Assembly: GCA_009103225.1 (NCBI GenBank)
Contig: RHPI01002503.1
Location: forward strand, 563,585 to 627,584
Source of the DNA: Chlorokybus atmophyticus
Lineage: Eukaryota > Plantae > Mesostigma and Chlorokybus algae
DNA length: 64,000 bases
Direction: 5' to 3'
Within the stretch, counting starts at the first letter, position 1. Each line of letters starts with the position of its first letter. Shown one piece after another: positions 24,350-37,100 of this stretch. The position numbers and the translations under genes were made by a program. Below the pieces are notes generated by a model that saw nothing but the letters and a program-made list of their open reading frames with translations, was not told the DNA's origin and did no database searches.

Positions 24350-26390
24350 CTCACTGTATACAACAACCAGAGGTAGCAGTACCTGAGGTTTCTAGCTGTG
24401 GCCATGCTGTGCGCAAGCATATATGTCACAACCATGTCGAAAACCCTGTTGGGTATTGTTGACCTACCAGTTGACATTGCCACAGTACGGCATGTCTCCA
24501 AGCGGCTGAAACATAGGAGACGTCCCATTCCCTCACCACGAAGTTGATGGCGACCGTGTTGTGCGGCCGGCACACGGCGCGAGCAGAAGCGTGCGCGGGA
24601 AAGCCTTGCTGCAGCTGCCAGAGGAAGCTTGTTACTTCGAACATGAACTTAAACGACTAACCTGGCGACTGCAAGTATGACATGTAGCCTGTGCGGGCTG
24701 CAATACATGTGGAGAGCAGACACGGAGTCTGTGTAAACAAGGCAGTAGTGCGTATGTCAAACGTCAGCTGCAATGCAGACCATGTTACAAACGTCTGCAG
24801 CGGCTGCATTGCGGGCACCAATGCACTGCCACCGGCAGGCAAACCGTTGAAGCATGCACGTCAAGACCACATGCTGAAGCTAGCCTAGCTATAAGCAACA
24901 AACACCATCTGCAAGCTTTGAGTCGTGACAGGTGCAATCTGGACATGGAGAAACTCAACATGCACACGGTCACTTTTAAGCAACTTAGAGACCCAGTCAG
25001 GCAGCACAGGTGGAAGTAGTGTGACACCAGCGAGAAGTGCATGGTCAGCAGCAAACGCATACCTTGCTCGCCAACACAGACGCAGCAAATGTGCTCGGCA
25101 ACGCTGGGCTCATCCACTGCGGTACACAACAATCCACGGAACACTTGTGTGCCCCGGGCTGTCAGTTCGTAGTGCAATGGTAGCAGAGCGTACCAGGTAG
25201 TACTTTTGCCCTAGCCTCTGCGCACGTAGCAGCACCCGCAACAAGCGTTCAAGCCATCCCTCGCCCCATCCGGACAGACCGCCACCCTGACCAGCACCGC
25301 CGCGGCCGCCACACAGACTTAAGTGCGCAGTGAAGCTTGAAGTACACCGTCGGCATGCATGCAGCTGTCAAGAACCGCTGCAGCCTCTGCAGCAAGCATG
25401 TTTGAGGAGAAGCACCAGGCCGCGGCAGCGGAGGCGGCAGCTTGGGCGGCGGCAGACTCTTGTTCTCCGGCCTTCAGCCCCCTGGTAACTGGTAGGCGCC
25501 TGGGGCTGGTTTGAATAGCAAATGACTGCTTGCTCGCCACATGTGCGTGCAGTCAGTGAGGACGGTTGGCAGTCTTGTTCCGCGAAGCCCAGCCCAAATC
25601 CCAGTTACACCAGTTGCTTGCGGGATGCTGAAAGGTGTATGCATGTGACGACCGTAACCATAGTATGGCTTGTATTAGTGTGGTACGTCCTGCTGAGTTG
25701 GCTGCTGCTAGACAGCGCGACAACGATCACATATGAGTTTGCAGTCACTGGATCAGCTTCAAGCTAATTGCAGTCCAGGACGTTGCTGATTTGCTTGGCC
25801 AGCAATCTCAGTCTCACAAGTTTCACTGTTGACAACATTGCGTACAACGCACAACAAGCAGTGAGTGAATGCTGGAAGCATGCGTGTCGTGCAATCTCAA
25901 GCATGTGCACCTGGCAGTCACCTTTGTTAACGATCCGTGTTGCCAGCGACAGCCCTATGCTTGTACCGTGCCTACCAGATTGTCTTCAGCAAGTAGCTGC
26001 AGCGAGCAGTGTTCCACGCCGTGTTACAGCATATGCCTGGCGTTGATGAGGCTCAGGTACCGTACGCACAGTCTGTACTGAGCTTGAGCAACACACCACT
26101 AATCAACAGCAACGTGTCCGTCATACTAGCACATTGTTGCGTTCATTCAGCTGAAATCGACACTCACAATGTTGCTGGGTGCTGTGGCCATTGAATGTAC
26201 CACTTGTACCACTTCTGTGCTAGGATCCCTGGTAAGTTCAATAGCTCTGCACAGGCATCACTTGCTCGGCGCAATTTACTACACAACAGCTCGAGCAGTT
26301 GCTTTTGCTTGTTGCTCAGATAGATAGATGGATAGAGATACGAAAATTTACGACAAGCAACGCCTACAAGAGACAGTGCCAGCATGTTCA
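24350..26390 (-). CDS. Possible multi-exon gene of unknown function
   Basis: Several GC-rich open stretches bounded by AG/GT sites (e.g. FMFEVTSFLWQLQQGF...REWDVSY, HYELTARGTQVFRGLL). I could not build a confident exon chain or name a family. Confidence 0.3.
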
Positions 26391-26558
26391 ATAACTGAAC
26401 AGTGCACTGTACACTACTTACAAATTGTTGCTATATACACAAGCCTCCGTGCGCTTCGGTTACAATTCAGACCAAGCAGACAAGGGCTATCGCAAGCTAT
26501 CGCAAGCTGAGACACAGCAGTCAACCGGTGCGTCAACTCCTTAAAACCTCACTCACTG

Positions 26559-27456
26559 CTACTGGGCCACCAGAGACTGCAGTTCGGGGTGTCGACGCAG
26601 GTATGTGTCCTGCATATGTTTGAGAACATGCATAACTAGATTTCACAGAATATCCAAGATTGTCACAGAGCAATGAGGACATACGCCAATGTAGCTGCAG
26701 CTTGGGATGACCCGGAAGCCTTGGTCTCCGCAGTACTCAAAGGCAGCGGCCGCCAGACGATCCGCAACGCGACGCCCTCGCATGGACGGTGGTACATACG
26801 TGTGCGCCATGTCCATCACCTGCAGCGTTACACGAAGATTGACAGAACAGAAGAAGCAGTCAATGCCCCTTGCATACAGACTGTGTGCGCTTACGCACAG
26901 ACAGACTGTAAATGTTGTTTTTGCTGCTTTTAGTGCTTTGGTTCGTTGACATAGTCCGCTTGTGCATACGCATCCTTGCAGCATCTGGCGCACAAACAGC
27001 AACGCACAACAGCCCCAACACTTCTCACTGCCAACTGAGGCAATGTAGTAGTCAGAGCATGTATGGTTTTGCATTCTGTGTGCGAATGCTCAAGACAGCG
27101 AGGGAACACATGCCAACCGCGAGAGCCAAGCTCTTGAGTGTAGCAAACGTCAAGCAAAGTAAATAGCGGCTCACAATTTCTTTGCATTGTCCGTCGCATG
27201 CATGTGGACAGAAGCAAGCATAGCACACCTTCTGCTGCGGAAGAAAGCTGTACTCCAATACAGCAAGCTCTTCTCCGCTGCCTAGCGCAAACCGGCGCCT
27301 GTCAGCCTCGTGCCGCACTTGCTGCTCCTCCTGCTGCTGCGCTGCAGCGCCAGCGCTGGCCATGGCTCTCACAGCCACCCTGCTCCTAACAGCGCTCCTG
27401 CCAGGCAACAACCCTGACCCTAACAACCGCAACCTTGTCGACGCCGTCGCCGACAT
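26559..27456 (-). CDS. Small GNAT acetyltransferase (YjdJ / At1g77540-like) with a probable organellar transit peptide
   Basis: Three exons give MSATASTRLR...VRHEADRRRFALGSGEELAVLEY..K / VMDMAHTYVPPSMRGRRVADRLAAAAFEY..GFRVIPSCSYIG / DTYLRRHPELQSLVAQ*. Confidence 0.88.
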
Positions 27457-27560
27457 CGCCGCGTTTGCCAGATTGCGCTCAGGCTGCGCTGTGAAGGCGC
27501 TGCCGTTGCTGCCGTTGCCGGGCAGTGGTGCCGCCTGCGGCGGCGGGGAGAGGCGGGACG

Positions 27561-30377
27561 ATGGGGTGGACCGCGGATGGGCCTGGGGCGGCATGGGCAG
27601 TGACGGCAGCCGCCCTCCTTGTCCGCTTGTGCGTGGCGCTGCACCCCTGGTCAGGTACCTGGCAGGCGGTGCCACTACCAGCTGCTTGCATTGTGCTTGG
27701 CGCATTGCAAGAGCGAACTGCAGGCTGCTTTGTGGAGGAGAAGTATTCACGTTCACATTATCTGCTGTGTGCGCCTGCGTTGCTGGATTTGCTCGTTAGT
27801 GTGGTTTGCCTCAATTGGCTGCTTGTGCGTTTGGCATTGTCGGTTTTCCTTGCAGCATGTGCTGGAATACACATGCGGCAGGTTGTGTCGTGTCCCCTAC
27901 ACTAGCTGACAGCAAGCATTTCGACAACAGAGTCACTGTTTCAGCGCCAGTGTCCTGTGCAAATTTGTTTGCATGCATTAGGGTTAGCGTGTGCAGTCAA
28001 TACGCGCAAGCAGCCTGCAAGTAGTCCTGTCCTAACTACCAGCACTCCTTGTCGCACATGACGCAGCTCACCCACCATGGCTTGAGGTTATGGGAGACGT
28101 TATTGTGGTTGTGCACAGTGAAGGCAACATAGAGTACAGGACAGATTTATACCAGCGTGAACTACCGAACTAATGTTAATTGCCCACATGCTTGTGCAGG
28201 CAAGAGCACCCCTCCAATGTACGGCGATCTGGAAGCACAGCGCCACTGGATGGAGGTGACAACATCCCTGCCCATACGTGATTGGTAAGTGTATCATGCA
28301 CTCATGACAGCGCGCAGAATGTTCATTATCAGAGCTTGGAGCGCTGTGCCAAACCAACATCATGCACTTGGCAGGTACACTGAGACAGAGCAAAACAACT
28401 TGACCTACTGGGGCCTGGACTACCCCCCGCTCACAGCTTACCAAAGTTGGGCGCACGGGTCCCTCTTGCGTATGCTTCAGCCGCAGGCTGTTAACTTAAC
28501 CCAATCCAGAGGCCATGAGGAACCTTTGAGGTACAGGAAACTGCACTGCGCACCATAAAGTGTATCATTTAGTGTGCCCGTGGCTAGTTGGCTTGCTGTC
28601 TCCAACTACTGTGATTGCTGATTGCCCGCTTGTTCCGCAGTATCTTATTGTTGCGGTGGACAGTTGCCTCGTCCGACCTCCTCATCTTTTTCCCGGCTGC
28701 GTATGCCTTTGTAACAAGCTTCTACAAAGAACGAACAGCATCAGCGAGGAATGTTGCCTATGCCATTCTTGTGCTTCAGCCGGCGTTGATACTTATCGAC
28801 CACGGGCATTTTCAGGTTGAGAGTCTCTGTGGCCGCTCGTAGATTCATTTGTGCCCTTCTTTCTTCCCGTTTGTGGTGTGTTGGGGGGGGGGNGGGGGGG
28901 GGGGGGGGGGGGGGGGGGGAGGGGGAGACCTTCTCCTTTCATGCATGGCAGTGCGTCTTTGTTACTGTTTCTCATGCAATTTTGTCAAACAGTACAACTG
29001 CATTAGCCTGGGATTAGCGCTGGCAGCAATTGCAGCCTTTTCAGCAAACTTGCACGACCTGGGTGCGGTGCTGTACTGTCTGTCCTTGAATCATAAACAG
29101 GTGAGTTTGCCATGGTTCATGTTGTAGCGTCTTACCACAACATGTTTATGCAGATTATTTAGGCAATGCTCATGTCAGGGTTTCACCACCATTGTTGTTG
29201 TTGCAGATGAGTGCTTACTATGCCCCAGCAATCTTTGCATACATGCTTGGCCATGCCTTCAGCAGTTGGCATTCGCTGCTTGCCACGTTCCCAGCGGTGT
29301 TTGCAGTTGTCGGGACATTTGCCGTGTGCTGGGCACCATACCTGCACTCCACAGACTCGATCCTTCAGGTAGTGTACTTGCTGCTTGACCAGCTGAGCGC
29401 CTCCTGCAGATTGTGCTTGGATCAGTGAGAGCCATTGCTATGCTACAAACAGTACATCCTACAAAGCATGCCAATACCTGTATGCATGTGTAGTGTGTTT
29501 GTCAAGTGCATATTAAGCGACCACATGGCCACCAGGTGCTTACGCGGCTAGTGCCTGTCCAACGCGGTTTGTATGAAGACTATGTGGCCAATTTCTGGTG
29601 TGCAACGTCGCCCTTTATCAAGTGGAAGCAGCTGTATGATGTGGAGACACTTACGAGGTTTTGTATTACGACAACCCTAGCAGCCTGCGTTCCAGCCATG
29701 CTGCACCAGATTATCCGGCCCAGTACCCGCGGACTCGTGTATGCCCTTTTCAACTGCAGCCTGGCCTTCTTCCTGTTCGCTTTCCAAGGTACTGCTCAAC
29801 CAGCAACATCGCGTAGCAATTACAAACCGTGCATCAATGTTAGCTTCATGGCTCTCACCACACTTGGCCAAGGTATGGCAGGTTTGCTTACAACCACGTG
29901 GTTTTGGCAGTACATGAGAAGTCAATACTTCTTCCCCTCCTTCCAGCTGCGATGCTGAGCTACGAGGAGCCAGCGTTGATCAAGTGGCTCGCGCCGCTCG
30001 CGGCTTTCAGCATGTATCCACTGCTCAAGCGCGACGGCCTGACCTTGGCTTACGCGTGTGTTGTAATCATGTATCTCGCCATCTTTGAGCACGGTGATGA
30101 ACCTGACGAGGCTGCTGGGGAGCCTGCAAGTGCAACTTTGCACACAAAGCTGCGCTTTGCATCTCTGTCGCTGTTGTTGGTTCTGCACTTGCTAGAAGCG
30201 TTTATCCCACCACCAGAAAGATACCCCTTTTTGCACCCGGCGCTTTTTTCGGCGATGGCATTTGTCCACTTTGCCCTCATAGGGCTGTATATGAACTGGA
30301 GGCAGTGGATGTCACCTGTTGGCGGAGCAGCAGCTGTGCCGGTGGAAGTGTTCACTGAGAAGCCAAAAGAGGATTGA
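27561..30377 (+). CDS. ALG6: Dolichyl-pyrophosphate Man9GlcNAc2 alpha-1,3-glucosyltransferase
   Basis: Spliced motifs PPMYGDLEAQRHWME, NNLTYWGLDYPPLTAYQSW, QPALILIDHGHFQYNCISLGL, LNHKQMSAYYAP, RLVPVQRGLYEDYVANFWC and FLFAFQVHEKSILLPLLP. Confidence 0.95.
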
Positions 30378-30657
30378 ACCTTGCAAGCGCAAGCCCCAAC
30401 TTCCTCTCCCCCAATTTTTGTACAATACTTAGACCTCGTATAGCTACAGGAGTAAGTTGCGTGCGTTGGCATTGGTGACAACCACGCCCTTTGTACACAG
30501 TTCTATAAGCATACAATATCGCAGATTCTATCATACGCTCCTTGTGTCTTGACTCTGGTTTGTCTGGAAAGGACTGCAGTGCTGCCTTGAGCTGTGGTAT
30601 GCACAACATTGCAGCAGCGAGACCACAATATTTTGTCCATGCAGTCTTGCTATGCCG

Positions 30658-30843
30658 TAGTGCCGCAAAATCTTCGTAAAAGAAACAACTCTAGGCGGGC
30701 GTCATACAAATTTAACTATATGGTCTGCGGTGATAGTTATGCAATCTAGTGCATGACGACTAGAATGCATAGATGCACGGGGTTTTGACGAAAGTTGTAT
30801 AAACAATTTTGCCGCCGCAAAATACAAAGATTTCGCAGCACTA
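30658..30843. mobile_element. 186-bp MITE with 21-bp TIRs and TAG...CTA termini (candidate non-autonomous Academ)
   Basis: Left TAGTGCCGCAAAATCTTCGTA against reverse-complemented right TAGTGCTGCGAAATCTTTGTA: 18/21, all mismatches transitions. Flanks are CCG and CCA, a possible degenerate 3-bp TSD. Confidence 0.6.
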
Positions 30844-32755
30844 CCATAGTCTCTGCCTAGACACATGCAAGTTCCATATAACTTGGATCGCTATGGAGTC
30901 TCTCTAATGCTGATGTATGAGGTCTGTGTTCAGTTTGTGGTGTGCCACACATGCACCGACTTATACCTTATGCATAGCAGAGACGATGCTTGCTTGTATT
31001 GGACCTTTGCAGACTCGCGCAGCAAGTGGGCTTTTATCCAATGTGATAAATTACAAACTTTCGTGACGTCAATGAAATTGGATAGCTTACGCTCTCGCCG
31101 AGAATATATAAGAAAGAGATTGTCACGCCTACTTAAACACATTGCCGAAGTTTGCTGGTTTGTGGATGCTCTATAATGTCTTCATCACAGCACGTTACGC
31201 GGTTTTGGGAGGTACGGCTCGTGTACTGGGTACAAGCAGAAAATTGCGCCAAGGGCACATGTGCAAGTGCCTATCGTTGCCGTTAATGCATGCATGACCA
31301 ACAAGGGGGCGGTAGCAATAGGGGTAGCCTTAAGGGTAGAGTTAGCCTGGTGGTCGTGTATGCGGCATACGCATCTGCAATATTAAGGTGCATGTGCGTG
31401 CTGCATGTATGTGGTGCATGGTGTTAAAATGTATGCTTATAAAAGCGTCGCGCTTATCATGTACATATTGCTAGTTGGGAGAGCCTTTGCAAAGCTGATT
31501 ACACGTTTCGCGATGCATTAGTTAAGATCGTGATTATTATTATCCATCACTTTGGTGTGTTGTACCACTTATGAGAGTGATATTGCAATATCATCAATGC
31601 GATTGCTTTCTCTCCAGCGCGCACAAGCTACTGAAACACTACCACTTGTGGCGACCATTACGTCTTACGTAGGTGCATTCATTGCAGTTGTAATGACCGT
31701 GTGAGGTGATGTGACCTTATGCATGGGACAGGGGAAGGGGGAATTCGCAGGCAATCGCGCTCAAATTAAACAAAAAAAATTATACATGAATCGGTGGTAA
31801 GCCATGTCCCCAAGTGCCATGTAGGCAGGTTTCAAAGATTGAGCTTTTTGATTGTTTCAATATTACTCGTGCATGACAAATACAATGCGCACGAAAGAAA
31901 AGGGGGGTAGAAAAGGGGGGAAACATCAACATTTATTCATTGTTGATGTTACACATACCAACAATGCAATTAGCATATGAAAGTTGGGTGAAAAACACTC
32001 ACCACAAGAACCCCAATCTGGCTGATAATGGACAGAACATATTACATGCAACATGCATTTTCCTTAAGCAGTGTTCCATGGCAAATGATGATAGATTGGC
32101 GGGGCGGCCAAATAAGCCTAGTATAGTGGTATCATTAATGGTTGAAATTGTGAATTGCATTCCATTGTGTAACTTTTCACCTCGCCGTTTTTCAAGCCAC
32201 AACTTTCACTTTCACCCTTCAAATATTTAAAACCTTAAATGTCACAAAACTATCGTTTGGTCGTCATATGCATTGCATTATTGCGCTGTACCGTACATGG
32301 TTGCAATGTACGCTCGCTGTAATAACACACTTTCCTTGAACATCCTCCAGTATTAACAAATTTCAAGCGAATTAATGTATATATGGCAAACCTTGCTCTT
32401 TATCAACGACTAGAACACTTGCGGTAAAGACAAATGGTGCTAGTAGGGAAAGTCATGACAAATAGGGTATACAAATGTATACCCTTTGCACACCCCAATC
32501 AACAAATTTCAGTGGAATTCGTTAAATGGGGTGTGCATTTATGTAGGTGCAATATTTGGTTCAAAGCTTGCACTATCCTTGCGAGCACAACCACCGATCA
32601 TTATCTCGATATGGTGACCAGCTGTCACTGCATAGATAATATGAAATGTATAACTACCTCGCTATATTGACGTTATAAAAACGAGGACCGTACTTCGTAC
32701 TTGAACACAACCCCCTTTGATACAACACTCCTTCGAAAGTATAGGGCGGGGGGGG

Positions 32756-33024
32756 GAATGGAGCATGCATGCAGGGTCGTTGGCACTAACATTCTAACTG
32801 ACGCGTTCGACACATACTTGAACAACTACTATTCAACCATTCAAGTTCGCTCGCAAACCAATCTTGTGGTTCAGGTGACTAGTCGCTGTTCTATTACGTA
32901 TCTGTCTTTCAAAACAACTTTACTCATATGACGTATCTGCACTGCAGATCATGATATTTGTGGCAATCTGTCTGGGACTCTGCGGCACCTACCTGTATTA
33001 TCTGAAGCCTTTCTTCGAGCGCAC
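32756..33024 (+). repeat. 269-bp identical copy of 23620-23888 (intron/exon piece of the PAS gene); probably an assembly artefact
   Basis: Base-for-base match by eye, including an intron. Begins at a G run and ends at the single N at 33025. Confidence 0.9.
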
Positions 33025-34182
33025 NAAGTAGTGACATCTAATATGGTAGTGACAAGTATGCTCAAAACATACGTGGTCTCTGCATCGAGGGTAGACTGTA
33101 GCATCGCCAAATATCGCAGCAATCACGTCAGCTGATGGGGATATCAGCCATCTCAGGTGGCAAATCCAAGGGACGGACAGTGTTGACAGCGGGCAGTGTG
33201 GTGGTTGTTGTGGTTGTTGGCCGCGGCGGCGGCGTCATTGTCCGGCGGGCGCGTCGGTTGAGGAGGAGCGAACGGGGTTAATTTTAGGGTGAGTGTGGTG
33301 AGGCTGGTGGTGGTGGCGGCGGGGCGAGGGCCCTCCGCCTCATGAGGTTTGGCCTTCCGCTGATAGCTGTCTTGCGGTTGGCTGCTTGCCGCGGCGCTGC
33401 CGTCGGGGGTGTGGGTGTCGGTGTCGGTGTCGGTGTAACGGGTGGCCTTGGTGGCGGATTGGGTTCTGTTGCCACGTATCAGGCGCGTGTCAGGTGCAGC
33501 ACCTTCGTTAAAAGGTGCGGCGATGTACAGCTGGTTGTAGGCGCAGCTTGCCTCGTTCTGTGTGCCAAGCATGCTACACTGCTTCTGAGGCAAATGGTTC
33601 TTCCCGGCGTAGATATCACGGACTGTGCGTGTGTGGGATAGCAGTCCTTGCAGAGGTTGCATTTGATATGAGGCTTTTGTACAACTACAGCTTACTGGCA
33701 CTCATATCAGTTCAACATGCTAGCTTTGGAGCATGCTGTTTACATGCAGAAGAAACCCTACCATTCGAGTTGACCACATGCACGTAAGGCGGCGTCTGGT
33801 GCGTCTGTTGTTTTGTGGGTATGTGGGTGCGTGTGGCGGTGCAGGAGGAGCGGGGCAGGGGCAGCTTTCATCGGCAGCTGCCACCTGCGTGTGACCACAC
33901 TGTCTGCGCACTGAGCACGTCTATGCAGCGCTGTTAGCATCGTGAGGTCAAAAACGTATAGGGTTGCATTGAACTGCTATGCAACATCACGCATTTAGCT
34001 GAGTTGCAAAGTCGCGTATCCACAAGGAGCATATACACCACAGTCTGTGCATGAACATCGCAGTTGTGGGGAAGCCATAGGAAACCTCACTGTACTTTGC
34101 TTTCCTATTCATTGTGAGTCAATGTGCGGCAGCTTTACCCATGCCCATCTTAGTGACTGCATTGCACCACAGGTTTGAGACA

Positions 34183-37100
34183 ATGGCGGCAGTTGCAGCC
34201 TCCTTGGTTCGGCCAGTCGGTTGTGAAGCGGGCCCATCACCAAGGTGTGCTGGCCGTGCAAAATCTCTTGTGGAAGAGCCCCATCTTCTCCGAGGCAATG
34301 GTCGGTTGCTTGGAGCCAAGCCATGCCTCAACATGCCAGTGCGAAGCACTTTGCGGAGGCGGTATGTGGCACCAGCTGCCGAGCTTGACAGCGCATCGAG
34401 TAATAACGGGCCCATCAGCACTGCATCCACGTCCTCGCGCCAGGTGCACATTGTGGTGCGCATCTGTGGGCAGATAGCTGCAGTGGCCCAACATGGTCGT
34501 GCTTGTCATTAGATGTCTCTGCTCGGGCATGCCAAAAATGTATAGTCAAGTTTATGGTCGGCTCCCCAACAGGATGGTACAAGGCGAGCATCATCAAGGG
34601 CAACAGCAGGGTATGAGCACAGTGATGACGTTCTTGTCCACCGCGGAACACAAGCGGACTTCAGCGATCACTCAGATGGGCAAGGATTTAACAACAGGTA
34701 GGGTGTACATGTGCCATATTTGCAAGCAGGTCTTCAGTATCACGGGTGGAATGTCAAGAAGCTGAGTCATGGTTTCTGCTGCGTGCAGCTACAGATCGGG
34801 AACACCTCAGGTGCCGCACACGCTGTACAGAGAGACACCTGCGGCAGAGGAGGAGGACCCGGTGACAGCAGAGGCGTGGGATCTGCTGCGCAAGAGCATC
34901 ATGATGTATGCGGGCCGCCCCGTTGGCACTGTCGCAGCTCACGATCCAACCAGCGACGCATTGAATTATGATCAGGTTAGCATTCATTTCTTACATGGCT
35001 GCATTTGTCTCCAACACTGCTTCAGCATTGTATGCTTGTGGATTGTCAGTGAGGTCATACGCTCATCTTGCACCTGACAGGTGTTCATGCGCGACTTTGT
35101 GCCATCCGCGCTCGCCTTCCTCATGAAGGGTGAGCACAAGATTGTCCGCAACTTTCTGTTGCACACTCTGCGCTTGCAAAGTTGGAAGCGCCGCGTGGAT
35201 TTCTTCGAACCAGGAGAGGGCTTGATGCCAGCGTCGTTCAAGGTGGGACTTGGTTTCAAACATATGATGGAGCATGCCTAGTCAACAAAATTTGTAACAC
35301 CTACATGCCTGCAGGTTGTGTTCACTGCCTTAGAGGAAGGCACCCAAGAAACACTGGTGGCTGACTTTGGAGAGCTGGCTATTGGTCGTGTGGCGCCAGT
35401 AGACTCGGGGCTGTGGTGGATCATCCTGTTGCGCGCATATGGCATTGCCACAGGAGATCACAGCCTAGAAACTAACCCAGCTTTTCAGAAAGGCATTAAA
35501 CTGATTCTTAAGGTTTGTTTTCTCTATATCTATATATAGGTGCATACAGCATAGTTTTCTCATGTCTAACTTGCCTCGCGCCAACTTGCAGATCTGCTTG
35601 GCGGACGGATTTGATATGTTTCCTACCATGTTGACGACAGACGGGTGTTGCATGGTTGATCGGCGGATGGGCATTGATGGCCATCCGCTGGAAATCCAGT
35701 CATTGTTCTATCAGGCTCTTCGCTGCGCTAAAGTCCTGCTGCGTCCCGAAGATGGTGGAGATGAGATGATCACCCGTGTTGAGAAGGTACAGAGTAGCTT
35801 CCACTGGTATTCACCATGCACTATGCAATAGCTCAAAAGGAATGTACCCTTGAACATGCAGAGGCTGGCAGCGCTGGCGTTTCACATCCGCGAGTATTAC
35901 TGGTTGGATCACAAGAGTCTCAATGACATATACCGCTTCAAGACGGAGGAGTACAGCCATGACGCAGTCAACAAGTTCAACGTGTATCCTGACTCCATTC
36001 CGGACTGGCTGCTGGACTGGATGCCAGATCATGGTATGTTCAGCTTTCTTGTCAAGCAGTTGTTACTAGCACGAACAATCATCTTACCAATGTGTTCTCC
36101 CAGGTGGTTACCTTATTGGCAATGTTGGTCCTGCGCGCATGGACTTCAGGTTTTTCTCCCTGGGAAACTTCATGGCAATCACGTCCTCGCTGGCCTCAGA
36201 AGAGCAGGCTGAGGGCATAATGGACCTCGTTGAGACTCGCTGGTCCGACCTGGTAGCCAACATGCCTCTCAAGGTAAGCACCATCAGCCTGTATACCACC
36301 AATGCGACTCATACTTGCAGAGTACAATGCGTTTTCTCTACACACATTCAACAACTTGTTGCTCTTGCAGATTTGTTACCCTGCACTGGAGGGCACGGAG
36401 TGGAAGATTATCACAGGCAGCGATCCGAAGAACACGCCGTGGTCGTACCACAACGGTGGTTCATGGCCTGTCCTGCTGTGGCCCTTCACTGCTGCGTGCG
36501 TGAAGACGGGCCGCCCTGAGCTCGCATACCGCGCCATCCAACTGGCTGAGAGGCGCCTCCAACAGGTAAACAACGCAAAGACACAAGCCTTACATGCTCG
36601 TAGCATTCTCATGTTGTTGTCAGCACTTGAAGCAACATCATGTAAGCAACTAACCACAGAGGTCACACGGCTCCAGGTTGTCAGTGCCAATATGCTCGAG
36701 TGCTTGACAGTCATCAACTAGGCCAAGTAGCCTGTTCAGTCAATAGTGGTTTGACTAGTGTTGTCAAGTGTAATGTCTGCTTTTTTTTTGGTTAACACAC
36801 TACTTACGATGCTGTGCGATGGATTTTTGTTTGTAGGATGGTTTTCCGGAGTATTATGATGGTAAAAAGGGGAGGCTGGTGGGCAAGCAGTCGCGCAAGT
36901 TCCAGACGTGGACGGTGGCGGGCCTGCTCGTGGCCAAGCTGTTGCTGGAGGACCCGCGGCGCATTGACATGCTGTGCTTCGGCGAGGATGAGGACATGAT
37001 GCGTAAGTATGAGTCCATGGGACCTTCCTTTTACATACGCGCGCCCACACCGGGACCAACCAACAACTACGCCAAGTCACCTGATGCTGACTACTATTGA
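34183..37100 (+). CDS. Alkaline/neutral invertase (GH100) with an N-terminal transit-peptide-like extension
   Basis: [153 protein letters not shown]. Confidence 0.96.

Noticed and set aside
31815-31850. TCAAAGATTGAGC resembling the 5' end of 18S rRNA
   Set aside because: Match of about 13 nt with no flanking similarity; not an rRNA gene or a convincing fragment.
33153-33940. GC-rich ORFs upstream of the invertase
   Set aside because: Low-complexity translations in all frames; more likely UTR or promoter sequence.
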